Shown in pieces: positions 9,171-18,245 of a DNA stretch of 64,000 nt (the first letter of the stretch is position 1; the number at the start of each line of letters is the position of its first letter). Under the pieces are notes generated by a model. That model did no database searches, was not told where the DNA came from, and saw nothing but the letters and a program-made list of their open reading frames with translations. The position numbers were made by a program, and so were the translations under genes. Origin of the DNA: an uncultured Bacilli bacterium (GTDB lineage: Bacteria > Bacillota_I > Bacilli_A > RF39 > UBA660); assembly GCA_947632595.1 (NCBI GenBank), contig CANRPY010000007.1:238-64237 (forward strand), in the 5' to 3' direction.

Positions 9171-10307
9171 ATGAAAGAACAAACAAAACAAAATAGTTTG
9201 CGCTTAATGGTATTTGAAAGTGCAAAAGAATTAGGAGAAAAGGTAGATAGACATTTACTAGAGATGTATGGAAAAGATCCAAATAAGGAAACTTTTATTG
9301 TACCCATCAAAGAAAACTTCTTTGAAGATGGTCATCTAAAAGTAGAAATTGAAGAAACCGTAAGAGGAAAAGACATGTTCTTATTAACAGACATTGGAAA
9401 TTATTCCATAGAATATAAGATGCATGGTTTTATCAATCACGCATCTCCAAATGATTTAATGATTCAATTAAAAGATGGAATTGGTGCTTGTAAATGTCAT
9501 GCCGATAAGATTAATATTGTCATGCCACTATTATATGCAGGAAGACAACATCGTAGAAATGTAAGAGAAAATCTCTCTTGCGGAATGGCACTTCATGAAT
9601 TAGATAACTTAAGTCATGTAAAAAGTTTTATAACATTTGATGCTCATGACCAAGGAGTAGAACATGCTATTCATAATATGGAATTTGATAACTTTTATCC
9701 AACCAATACCATTCTAGAAAGCATGATCGAAGATCTTCCAAAGGCAAGATTAAAAAAACTAGTATTTGTCGCTCCAGATAATGGGGCAACCGGAAGAAGA
9801 AATGTATACTTAAATTCATTTAATTCCAAATTTATTACAAGAGAAGCAGGAAGTTTTGTAAAACAAAGAGACTATAATAACTTAGTAGATGGAAAATACC
9901 CTGTAATTGCTCATGATTATTGTGGAAATGATGACTTAGAAGGATTTACTGCCATCGTATCAGACGATATGATCTCAAGTGGTGGAAGCATGTTCGATGT
10001 CATTGAAGAATTACAAAAAAGAAATGTAAAACACATTCTAATTGTCGCAACCTATGCACTCTTTACGAGAGGAATTGATCAATTTAAAGAATATTATGAA
10101 AAGAAAATGTTTGATGGAATCTATACAACCAATCTATCCTATATTCCAGAAGAATATCGCAAAGAAAAATGGTTACATATCTGTGACTGTTCAAAGTATT
10201 TAGCAGAAATTATCTATAATATTCATAATGATATTTCGATTACTCCATTATTAAGAGATAAATCCTTACCAGTAAAATTAATAGAAGAAAAATTTAAAGA
10301 AAATTAG
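9171..10307 (+). CDS. Ribose-phosphate pyrophosphokinase family protein (long, divergent form)
   Basis: HLKVEIEETVRGKDMFLL, YAGRQHRR, FDAHDQG and the PRPP-binding loop IVSDDMISSGGS parallel Prs motifs. The sequence is longer and more divergent than canonical Prs. Confidence 0.7.
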   Translation: MKEQTKQNSLRLMVFESAKELGEKVDRHLLEMYGKDPNKETFIVPIKENFFEDGHLKVEIEETVRGKDMFLLTDIGNYSIEYKMHGFINHASPNDLMIQLKDGIGACKCHADKINIVMPLLYAGRQHRRNVRENLSCGMALHELDNLSHVKSFITFDAHDQGVEHAIHNMEFDNFYPTNTILESMIEDLPKARLKKLVFVAPDNGATGRRNVYLNSFNSKFITREAGSFVKQRDYNNLVDGKYPVIAHDYCGNDDLEGFTAIVSDDMISSGGSMFDVIEELQKRNVKHILIVATYALFTRGIDQFKEYYEKKMFDGIYTTNLSYIPEEYRKEKWLHICDCSKYLAEIIYNIHNDISITPLLRDKSLPVKLIEEKFKEN

Positions 10308-10316
10308 GTGAAATAC

Positions 10317-11069
10317 ATGAAAATCATATCTTGGAATGTAGCAGGACTAAGAGCTTGCGTAAAAAAAGGATTTGAAGATTTCTTTACCAAAGAAGATGCT
10401 GATATCTATTGTCTACAAGAAACAAAAATTCTAAAAGAACAGACTCCTTTTCATAAAGAAGGGTATGAAGAATACTTGTATCCTGCCCTAAAGAAAGGAT
10501 ACTCAGGAACAATGGTTTATACAAGAATCCATCCAGAGTCAGTAACTTATGGAATAGGGGAAGAAGAATATGATCAAGAAGGAAGAACAATTACCCTAGA
10601 ATTTAAAGACTTTTACGTAGTAAACTCCTATGTACCAAACTCGAAAAGAGAATTACTAAGACTTTCTTCTAGAATGATCTTTGAAGAAAAAATAAAAGCA
10701 TATTTAAATCAGTTAAAGAAGAAAAAAGATGTAATCTATTGTGGAGACTTAAATGTAGCTCATGAAGAAATCGATATTAAAAATCCAAAAGAAAATAGAA
10801 GAAGTGCAGGGTTTACCGATGAAGAACGAGAGAAAATGACCGAGTTATTACAAGAAGGATATATCGATACCTTCCGTCATTTTCACAAAGAAGAAGTAAA
10901 ATATACTTGGTGGAGTTATTTAGGACACGCTAGAGAAAGAAATGTAGGATGGAGATTAGACTACTTTATCACCAATCAAGAAATGTTAGAAAAAATAGTA
11001 GATTCTAAGATTCTAGACGATGTGGAAGGATCAGACCACTGCCCAATCGAATTAGAAATAAAAAGTTAG
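10317..11069 (+). CDS. xth: Exodeoxyribonuclease III (AP endonuclease)
   Basis: MKIISWNVAGLRA N-terminus, CLQETK, and C-terminal SDHCPIELE. Confidence 0.9.
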   Translation: MKIISWNVAGLRACVKKGFEDFFTKEDADIYCLQETKILKEQTPFHKEGYEEYLYPALKKGYSGTMVYTRIHPESVTYGIGEEEYDQEGRTITLEFKDFYVVNSYVPNSKRELLRLSSRMIFEEKIKAYLNQLKKKKDVIYCGDLNVAHEEIDIKNPKENRRSAGFTDEEREKMTELLQEGYIDTFRHFHKEEVKYTWWSYLGHARERNVGWRLDYFITNQEMLEKIVDSKILDDVEGSDHCPIELEIKS

Positions 11070-11149
11070 CGTAAAGATAAGTCAAATAATACAAATCTTT
11101 TCCAAAGAAAAAAGAATTAAAGTTATAATAAAAGTAGAGGTGTAAGATT

Positions 11150-12052
11150 ATGAAAGAATATATGGATCAAGAAAAATTAAAAGTAGTAAGAGATAGAAAA
11201 GGCTTTATTGCTGCTTTAGATCAAAGTGGAGGGTCAACGGCAAAGACTCTAGAAAAGTATGGAATTTCTGAAGATAGATATCATACAGAAGAAGAGATGT
11301 TTAATCTAATTCATGAGATGAGAAAAAGAGTATTTACATCCCAAGTATTTACAAGTGAAAAAATATTAGGAAGTATTTTATTTTATAAGACAATGGAATC
11401 GGTTGTAGAAGGAGAATATACAGCAGACTATCTATGGAATAAGAAAAATATTGTCTCTTTCTTAAAAGTAGATAAAGGTCTTGCCGAAGAAAATCAAAAA
11501 GTAAAAGTCATGAAAGAAATTCCTGATTTAGAAGATCAATTAAAAGAAGCAAGAGCAAAACATGTTTTTGGTACCAAAATGAGAAGCGTTATTTTAGGAG
11601 CCAATAGAGAAGGAATCAAAGAAGTTGTAAAACAACAATTTGCTTTTGCCAAAAGAATATGTGATAACGGACTCGTACCAATTATTGAACCAGAAGTAGA
11701 TATTCATATTCCCGATAAACAAGAAGCAGAACAAATTCTAAAAGAAGAAATTAGTGAAGTTTTAAAAACATGGAATCAAGAAGATTTTATTATGTTTAAA
11801 TTTACGATTCCTACGGTAGCAAATCTATATGAAGATTTCTATGCCTATCCATGTGTTGTAAGAATTGTAGCACTATCAGGTGGTTATGAAACAGACGAAG
11901 CTTGTCGTCTATTAAAACAAAATCATCGAATGATTGCTTCTTTCTCACGTGCCTTACTACAAAACCTATCCGATCAACAAACAGAGGAAGAATTTGATGC
12001 AGAATTACAAAAAGCAATCAATGAGATTTATGAGGCATCTGTAGAAGACTAG
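11150..12052 (+). CDS. fda: Fructose-bisphosphate aldolase, class I
   Basis: KGFIAALDQSGGSTAKTL signature of Gram-positive class I aldolases; about 300 aa. Confidence 0.85.
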   Translation: MKEYMDQEKLKVVRDRKGFIAALDQSGGSTAKTLEKYGISEDRYHTEEEMFNLIHEMRKRVFTSQVFTSEKILGSILFYKTMESVVEGEYTADYLWNKKNIVSFLKVDKGLAEENQKVKVMKEIPDLEDQLKEARAKHVFGTKMRSVILGANREGIKEVVKQQFAFAKRICDNGLVPIIEPEVDIHIPDKQEAEQILKEEISEVLKTWNQEDFIMFKFTIPTVANLYEDFYAYPCVVRIVALSGGYETDEACRLLKQNHRMIASFSRALLQNLSDQQTEEEFDAELQKAINEIYEASVED

Positions 12053-12070
12053 AGAAATCTAGTTTTTTTC
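12048..12070 (+). terminator. Rho-independent terminator
   Basis: ACTAGA-gaaa-TCTAGT hairpin plus a T-run. Confidence 0.55.
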
Positions 12071-12079
12071 TTTTTTCTA

Positions 12080-12108
12080 TTTACAAACATACGTTTGAAT
12101 ATTATAAT
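12080..12108 (+). promoter_or_regulatory. Promoter TTTACA-N17-TATAAT with an embedded SOS-box-like palindrome CAAACATACGTTTG (12084..12097)
   Basis: Exact 17-nt spacing. The perfect inverted repeat CAAAC-N4-GTTTG resembles the Gram-positive LexA (Cheo) box GAAC-N4-GTTC. It sits just upstream of a Y-family polymerase gene. Confidence 0.5.
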
Positions 12109-12127
12109 AAAAGTAGAAGGTGATACC

Positions 12128-13591
12128 ATGAAAAGAGTCTATGTATGTATTGATTTAAAGAGTTTTTATGCATCCGTAGAATGCCAAGAAAGAAATTTAG
12201 ATCCTCTAGATACCAATCTTGTGGTAGCTGACCAATCAAGAACAGAAAAAACGATTTGCCTAGCGGTATCCCCATCGCTAAAAAAATATGGAATTCCAGG
12301 AAGAGCAAGACTTTTTGAAGTAATGGAAAAAATAAGAGAAATCAATCAAGAAAGAAGAAAAAGAAATAAAAATCGGAATTGGACAGGAAAAAGTGTTAGT
12401 GAAAAAGTTCTAAAGCAAGATCCAACGAAAGAACTAGATTTAATCATTGCTCCTCCTAGAATGAAAGTATACATGGAGTATAGTACAAAGATATATCATA
12501 CGTATTTAAAATTTGTTGCCGAAGAAGATATCTTTGCATACTCGATTGATGAAGTCTTCTGTGATATTACAAACTATTTAAAAATGTATAAAGCAACGCC
12601 AAGAGAATTATTAACCAAGATGATTCATACTGTCTATGAAGAAACAGGAATTACCGCAACAGGAGGAATTGGAGAGAATATGTATCTTGCAAAAGTGGCG
12701 ATGGATATCGTTGCAAAACACACAGAACCGAATCAATTTGGTGTAAGAATTGCAGAACTAGACGAAAAGAGTTATCGCAAATTTTTATGGAATCATACTC
12801 CTTTGACAGACTTCTGGCGAATAGGCGGAAAAACAGCAGAACACCTAGCAGAAAAAAAGATATACACGATGGGAGATATTGCAAGAGTATCCTTAGAAAA
12901 TGAAGAACTTCTCTACAAAGCATTTGGAGTCAATGCCGAGTTTTTAATAGACCACGCATGGGGAGTAGAACCATGTACCATACAAGATGTAAAAAAATAT
13001 AAGCCAAAAGTAAAAAGTATCTCTTCTGGACAAGTTCTACATAAACCATATGACTATGAACACGCCAAATTAATTGTAAAAGAAATGGCAGATAATTTAA
13101 TCTTAGATTTAGTAGAAAAAGAATTAGAAACCGATTTAATCGCCCTTCAGATTGGCTATGATAAAGAAAGTCTGACATACTATAAGGGAGAGACCATGAA
13201 AGACCATTATGGAAGAGTAGTCCCTAAACACGCTCATTCTTCTCTACGTCTAGAAGAAAAAACATCCTCTAGTAAACAACTTCAACAAGCATTCCTAACA
13301 CTATATGAAAAAATAGTAAATAAAGACTTAACCATTAGAAGACTAAATCTAGCAGCTTGTAATATTACGAAAAAAGGAGAAGGAGCAAAAGTAAAACAAT
13401 TAGATCTCTTTTCGATAGAAGAAGAAAAAGAACAAGAGAAAAAAGACCAAGTAAAAGAAAATCACTTACAGAAAACATTAGTAGAACTAAAAAAGAAATA
13501 TGGAAAAAATTCCATTCTAAAAGGAATGAATTTAGAAGAAGGAGGAACGGCAATTGAAAGAAACAGACAAGTGGGAGGACATAAAGAATAG
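12128..13591 (+). CDS. Y-family (translesion) DNA polymerase, UvrX/YqjW type
   Basis: VYVCIDLKSFYASVECQERNLDP and YSIDEVFCDIT catalytic motifs. The start is moved to ATG 12128, behind the GAAGGTG RBS. Confidence 0.85.
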   Translation: MKRVYVCIDLKSFYASVECQERNLDPLDTNLVVADQSRTEKTICLAVSPSLKKYGIPGRARLFEVMEKIREINQERRKRNKNRNWTGKSVSEKVLKQDPTKELDLIIAPPRMKVYMEYSTKIYHTYLKFVAEEDIFAYSIDEVFCDITNYLKMYKATPRELLTKMIHTVYEETGITATGGIGENMYLAKVAMDIVAKHTEPNQFGVRIAELDEKSYRKFLWNHTPLTDFWRIGGKTAEHLAEKKIYTMGDIARVSLENEELLYKAFGVNAEFLIDHAWGVEPCTIQDVKKYKPKVKSISSGQVLHKPYDYEHAKLIVKEMADNLILDLVEKELETDLIALQIGYDKESLTYYKGETMKDHYGRVVPKHAHSSLRLEEKTSSSKQLQQAFLTLYEKIVNKDLTIRRLNLAACNITKKGEGAKVKQLDLFSIEEEKEQEKKDQVKENHLQKTLVELKKKYGKNSILKGMNLEEGGTAIERNRQVGGHKE

Positions 13592-13982
13592 TTTTCCCTA
13601 TCTCGATATTTTAGAAAAAGATCCACCCATTTCCAAAAAACATCCCAAACAACCTATGGAAGCAAGAGCAGCACAGTTTTCTCCCTTTGCAGCCTTAACA
13701 GGATATGAAGATGCCATCAAAGAAGTCTCTCGTTATACAGAAGAAAAAATTTCTCTAGAAGAAGAAGCAAAAAATGAATTAGATCAAGAACTTCAAAAAA
13801 TAGAACAAAGAACCCGTGCAAAAATAACCATCGTATACTTTGAAAAAGATCCTAGAAAAAAAGGAGGAAAATATAAAGAAATACAAGGTATCTTCCAAAA
13901 AATAGATAGAGAAAAAAGAATCCTTTTTCTAGAAGACAAAACTAAAATTTCATTAGAGGATATTGTAAAGATAGAGAGTTAA
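13554..13982 (+). CDS. YolD-like protein (partner of Y-family polymerases)
   Basis: TTG start 7 nt after GGAGGA. AAQFSPFAALTGYEDAIKE motif. Overlaps the polymerase 3' end by 38 nt, as in the B. subtilis uvrX-yolD and yqjW-yqjX pairs. Confidence 0.6.
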   Translation: MKETDKWEDIKNSFPYLDILEKDPPISKKHPKQPMEARAAQFSPFAALTGYEDAIKEVSRYTEEKISLEEEAKNELDQELQKIEQRTRAKITIVYFEKDPRKKGGKYKEIQGIFQKIDREKRILFLEDKTKISLEDIVKIES

Positions 13983-14029
13983 TGCATCAAGAGTAAGAAT
14001 TCTTTGTTATAATAAAAGAGGTGAAGAAA

Positions 14030-14932
14030 ATGGATTCTAATTGGTTAATCGCAAGTGAAAAAGAATTTATTGATCAAATAAGTGATGCCTATGGATATGA
14101 TTCCAATATTAGACACTTACTCTATGTCATGATACCGGCATTTATAATCAAATATGGAAGAGGAAAAGAAAAGCAAATTAAGAATGCATTTCGAGAAATT
14201 CGAATTACTCCAAGTAATCATAAAGAAAAATATATCAAAGCCTATTATTCATCAAGACCAATTCGTACCAAAGAAGGGTATACGACTGTAAAAACAGTGG
14301 TATTACAAAATTATCAAGAAACCTCTCTAGTAGACTTATTAGATAATTTAGTCCATGAATTTAATCATGCCGTAAATTCCTATCTACAAGAGATAAAAGA
14401 AACAAAAAATTATCTATATCTAAGAACAGGATTAACATACCGAATCTATAGAAAAGAAGATTTAAGTTTTGTAAAGAAAACATCTTCTTATATTCTAGAA
14501 GAAATCATCAATACCAAACAAACAGAAGAAATCATAAATATTATCAAATCATTTGACGGCAAAAATAGAGAAATTGAAAATACGATATATGCAATCAATA
14601 GTGAGACAAGTCATAAATATAGTTCTAATTCATATTATCTAGAAGGAACCATCTGTAAACGAATTTTAGAAAATAGGACCTTTATCAATACTTTAGCAAC
14701 CCTTCGATTAAGCGGAGAAGTCTATGATATTGAGAAATGGTTTGATGATATTACAGGAGAAGAAAATTCCTATAAAAAATTAAACGAATCTTTAAAAGAA
14801 ATCTATGATTTAGAAATTAAGTATACAACACAAAAGTTTTGGAAAGCACTAACCTTAAATAAGATTCGCTCGATATCAGAAGATGTCATGAGGATTGTAA
14901 AGAAATTTGATAGAAATGTAAATTTTAGATAA
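14030..14932 (+). CDS. Hypothetical protein with an HExxH motif (possible zinc metallopeptidase)
   Basis: LVHEFNHAVN motif. AGAGGTG RBS before ATG 14030. Confidence 0.35.
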   Translation: MDSNWLIASEKEFIDQISDAYGYDSNIRHLLYVMIPAFIIKYGRGKEKQIKNAFREIRITPSNHKEKYIKAYYSSRPIRTKEGYTTVKTVVLQNYQETSLVDLLDNLVHEFNHAVNSYLQEIKETKNYLYLRTGLTYRIYRKEDLSFVKKTSSYILEEIINTKQTEEIINIIKSFDGKNREIENTIYAINSETSHKYSSNSYYLEGTICKRILENRTFINTLATLRLSGEVYDIEKWFDDITGEENSYKKLNESLKEIYDLEIKYTTQKFWKALTLNKIRSISEDVMRIVKKFDRNVNFR

Positions 14933-14953
14933 AATAAAAATGAGGTGAACAGA

Positions 14954-16303
14954 ATGAATCAGGAGAAATTTAAGGAATATCGAGAAAAGTATAGAGAATT
15001 TATCTATCATTCCTATACCTATGAACAAAAAGAAGATTTAAAAATAGAATATTATTTTGAAATTCCTGGGTTATGTGAATTTCATCCAAGAATCATTCTG
15101 GAACACTTAGGAACAAAACAAGTTCCAAGCAAAGATCATTTAGAAGCACTTATCTTTCGTTTAGGAATGATAGAACTAATCAGTTACGTAAAAGCAACAT
15201 GTTCAAAGAAGATCAAAATAGAAGCAGGATACTTAGAAAAGGAGGAGATTCCTTTCTATCAAAAATTATATTGGAATGGGCTAGGAGAATTCTTATATAG
15301 GAATGGTATCGAAACAACCGAAGAAGAATTATTTGAATTTGAATGTTTCCATGAAGAAACGACCCTTCCCAAAATTACGTATGAAAAAGCAGGAAACTTA
15401 ATCTGTGTTGGTGGTGGAAAAGACTCCTGCGTATCCCTAGAATTATTAAAACAGGAACCAGGAAACGTATGCTTACTAATGAATCCCAAAACACCTTCTA
15501 TAGAATGTGCGAAAATTGCAGGATACGAAAAAGATAACATGGTATTTGTAGATAGAATACTAGATCCTAAAATCAAAGAATTAAATGAAAAAGGATTCTT
15601 AAATGGTCATACGCCATTATCTTCCCTAATCGCATTCTTATCTTACTTGTGTGCCTATTTAATAGGAGTAAAAAACATTGTCTTATCCAACGAAGCAAGT
15701 GCCAACGAATCCACTGTAAAAAATACAAACGTAAATCATCAATATTCAAAAACTTTAGAGTTTGAAAATGATTTTCGAAAATATATGGATGACTTTATTG
15801 GTTTAGAAATCAATTACTTTAGTCTCCTAAGAGGACTATCCGAATATAACATTGCCAAACTTTTTTCAAATTATAAAAAATATCATCCAGTCTTCCGTAG
15901 TTGTAACTTAGGAAGCAAAGAAAAAGAGTGGAAATGGTGTTGTAATTGTCCTAAGTGTCTTTTTATCTATATCATATTAACCCCACATCTAACAAAGAAA
16001 GAAAGAATAGAAATCTTTGGAGAAGACTTATTAGATAGAAAAGATTTACTAAATACATTCTTAGAGTTATTAGGATATCAAGAAACAAAACCATTTGAAT
16101 GCGTAGGAACCATGCAAGAGGCAAGATTATGTGTAAGTCTTGCCATCGAAAAAGGGGAAGAAGCTTATCTCTTACATTATTATAAAGAGCATTTTCCACT
16201 AGAGTTAGACAAAAAAGAAGTAGAAGCTTATCAAGAAGAGAATAATGTAGAGAAATATTACGAAACCATCATAAAAGAGGAATTAAAACGATATGATAAA
16301 TAA
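14954..16303 (+). CDS. PP-loop-type ATP-utilising enzyme; candidate UDP-MurNAc-L-Ala-L-Glu epimerase (MurL-like)
   Basis: PP-loop-like CVGGGKDSC. C-terminal Cys cluster WCCNCPKC. 11-nt overlap with the murD start. Confidence 0.4.
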   Translation: MNQEKFKEYREKYREFIYHSYTYEQKEDLKIEYYFEIPGLCEFHPRIILEHLGTKQVPSKDHLEALIFRLGMIELISYVKATCSKKIKIEAGYLEKEEIPFYQKLYWNGLGEFLYRNGIETTEEELFEFECFHEETTLPKITYEKAGNLICVGGGKDSCVSLELLKQEPGNVCLLMNPKTPSIECAKIAGYEKDNMVFVDRILDPKIKELNEKGFLNGHTPLSSLIAFLSYLCAYLIGVKNIVLSNEASANESTVKNTNVNHQYSKTLEFENDFRKYMDDFIGLEINYFSLLRGLSEYNIAKLFSNYKKYHPVFRSCNLGSKEKEWKWCCNCPKCLFIYIILTPHLTKKERIEIFGEDLLDRKDLLNTFLELLGYQETKPFECVGTMQEARLCVSLAIEKGEEAYLLHYYKEHFPLELDKKEVEAYQEENNVEKYYETIIKEELKRYDK

Positions 16304-17645
16304 AATAATAGAAAAATTAGAAGGAAAAAGAATTGCCATCTTAGGTTTTGGAAAAGAAGGAAAATCAACCTATCATTTTCTAAAGAAGTATGGGAAAAAT
16401 CTAAAGATTGCAATTCTAGATCAAAATCCAATAGAAATAGACGATAAAGAAGTAGAAATAGTAACCGGAGAAGACTATCTAAGTCATTTAGAGAATTATG
16501 ATAAGATTATAAAGTCTCCTGGGATCTCCTTAAAAGATGAAAATAAAAAGCCTTATCAAGACAAGATTACTTCTCAATTAGAACTCCTACTAGAAGTAAA
16601 TAAAGAAAATGTAATTGGAGTAACCGGTACCAAAGGGAAATCAACGACTTCTACCTTAATCTATGAAGTCCTAAAAGATCAATTAAAAAATGTCTACCTT
16701 CTAGGAAACATTGGAACTCCCGTCCTAGATAAAATAGAAGACTATGATGAAAAGAGTACCCTAGTCATTGAGATGAGTTCTCATCAATTAGAGTTCTTGA
16801 AAGAAAGCCCTCATATAGCTTGTATCTTAAATTTATATGAAGATCACCTAGATCATGATGGAACACTAGAACATTACCATCAAAATAAAATGAATATTTG
16901 GACGCATCAAACAGAAAAAGACTACTGCATCTATGCATCCGATAATGAATATTTAAGAAAGTATTTAGAAAAAAATGATACAAAGAATAGAATATATACA
17001 GTAAGATCAGATGACAAAGAAAATGGTAAAAATAGTACAAGAGTAAAAGAGAACAAAGTATTTTTAAATGAAGAATGTGTCTATGTAGATGATGACAAAA
17101 GATTATTAAAAGGAGATCACAATCTAAAAAATATCATGTTTGCCTTAACCGTTGCAAAAATACTTGGACTAGATATGGAACAAGCCAAAAAGAAAATAGA
17201 CTCCTTTGCGGGATTAAAATACCGTATGGAATACATCACAACCATAAAGGGAGTTTCATACTATAACGATACTATCGCAACCATCCCAGAAGCAACAATG
17301 AATGCCATAAAAACCATTCCAAATATCAAGACTTTAATTGTAGGAGGAATGGATAGAGGAATTGATTATGAAGAGTTTATTGACTTTTTAAAAGCATCTT
17401 CTCTAGATACCATTATTTGTATGCCAACAACAGGTATGAAAATTGGCAAAGCATTAGAGTCTTCCAACAAGAAAATAATCTATGTAAATACCCTAGAAGA
17501 AGCCTATCAGGCAAGTAAACAAGAAACCAAGAGTGGAACCTCTTGCCTATTATCTCCCGCCGCTGCAAGTTATGAATTCTTTAAAAACTTTGAAGAAAAA
17601 GGAAAATGTTTTGAAGAATTGGTAAGAAAAGATGAAACGATGTAG
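16293..17645 (+). CDS. murD: UDP-N-acetylmuramoyl-L-alanine--glutamate ligase (MurD; possibly MurD2 type)
   Basis: Mur ligase P-loop GVTGTKGKSTTSTLI; N-terminal Rossmann segment ILGFGKEGKS; about 450 aa. Confidence 0.85.
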   Translation: MINKIIEKLEGKRIAILGFGKEGKSTYHFLKKYGKNLKIAILDQNPIEIDDKEVEIVTGEDYLSHLENYDKIIKSPGISLKDENKKPYQDKITSQLELLLEVNKENVIGVTGTKGKSTTSTLIYEVLKDQLKNVYLLGNIGTPVLDKIEDYDEKSTLVIEMSSHQLEFLKESPHIACILNLYEDHLDHDGTLEHYHQNKMNIWTHQTEKDYCIYASDNEYLRKYLEKNDTKNRIYTVRSDDKENGKNSTRVKENKVFLNEECVYVDDDKRLLKGDHNLKNIMFALTVAKILGLDMEQAKKKIDSFAGLKYRMEYITTIKGVSYYNDTIATIPEATMNAIKTIPNIKTLIVGGMDRGIDYEEFIDFLKASSLDTIICMPTTGMKIGKALESSNKKIIYVNTLEEAYQASKQETKSGTSCLLSPAAASYEFFKNFEEKGKCFEELVRKDETM

Positions 17646-18183
17646 TTGGGTAAAAGAAAACAATGAAGTCTATGTGAAATATCATGATGAAGAGTGGGGA
17701 AGAGAAAGCCATGATGACTCGCATTTATTTGAAATGCTAATATTAGAGTCCTTCCAAGCAGGCCTATCCTGGGAATGCATTTTAAACAAACGAGAAAACT
17801 TTCGAAAAGCGTTTGATCAGTTTGATAGGAAAAAAATCGCAAATTATGATGAGAAAAAGATAGAAGAATTAAAAAAAGATTCTGGAATCATTCGCAACGA
17901 AGGGAAGATCATCGCAGCGATTCAAAATGCAAAAGTCTTCCAAGAAATCGAAAAAGAATTTGGAACCTTCTCTAACTATCTATGGTCTTATACAAACAAT
18001 ACCCAAATCATAAATAACAAACAACAGACAACCTCTCCTTTATCGGATCAAATCTCAAAAGATTTACAAAAAAGAGGAATGAAATTTGTAGGAAGTACTA
18101 TAATCTATTCATACCTACAAGCAGTAGGAGTTATCAATGACCACGAAAGAGAGTGTTTTTTAAAAAAAAGAACAAAAAAATAA
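17632..18183 (+). CDS. tag: DNA-3-methyladenine glycosylase I
   Basis: YHDEEWGRESHDDSHLFEMLILESFQAGLSWECILNKRENFRKAF. 14-nt overlap with the murD 3' end. Confidence 0.9.
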   Translation: MKRCSWVKENNEVYVKYHDEEWGRESHDDSHLFEMLILESFQAGLSWECILNKRENFRKAFDQFDRKKIANYDEKKIEELKKDSGIIRNEGKIIAAIQNAKVFQEIEKEFGTFSNYLWSYTNNTQIINNKQQTTSPLSDQISKDLQKRGMKFVGSTIIYSYLQAVGVINDHERECFLKKRTKK

Positions 18184-18245
18184 AATGAATGGATTTACAG
18201 ATCCATTTATTTTCATTATAATAAAACCTACAGGGGATGAGACAA

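Noticed and set aside
12095-12127. Upstream TTG start for the Y-family polymerase
   Set aside because: It overlaps the -10 element. ATG 12128 follows a GAAGGTG RBS and gives the canonical MKRVYVCIDLKSFYASVE start.
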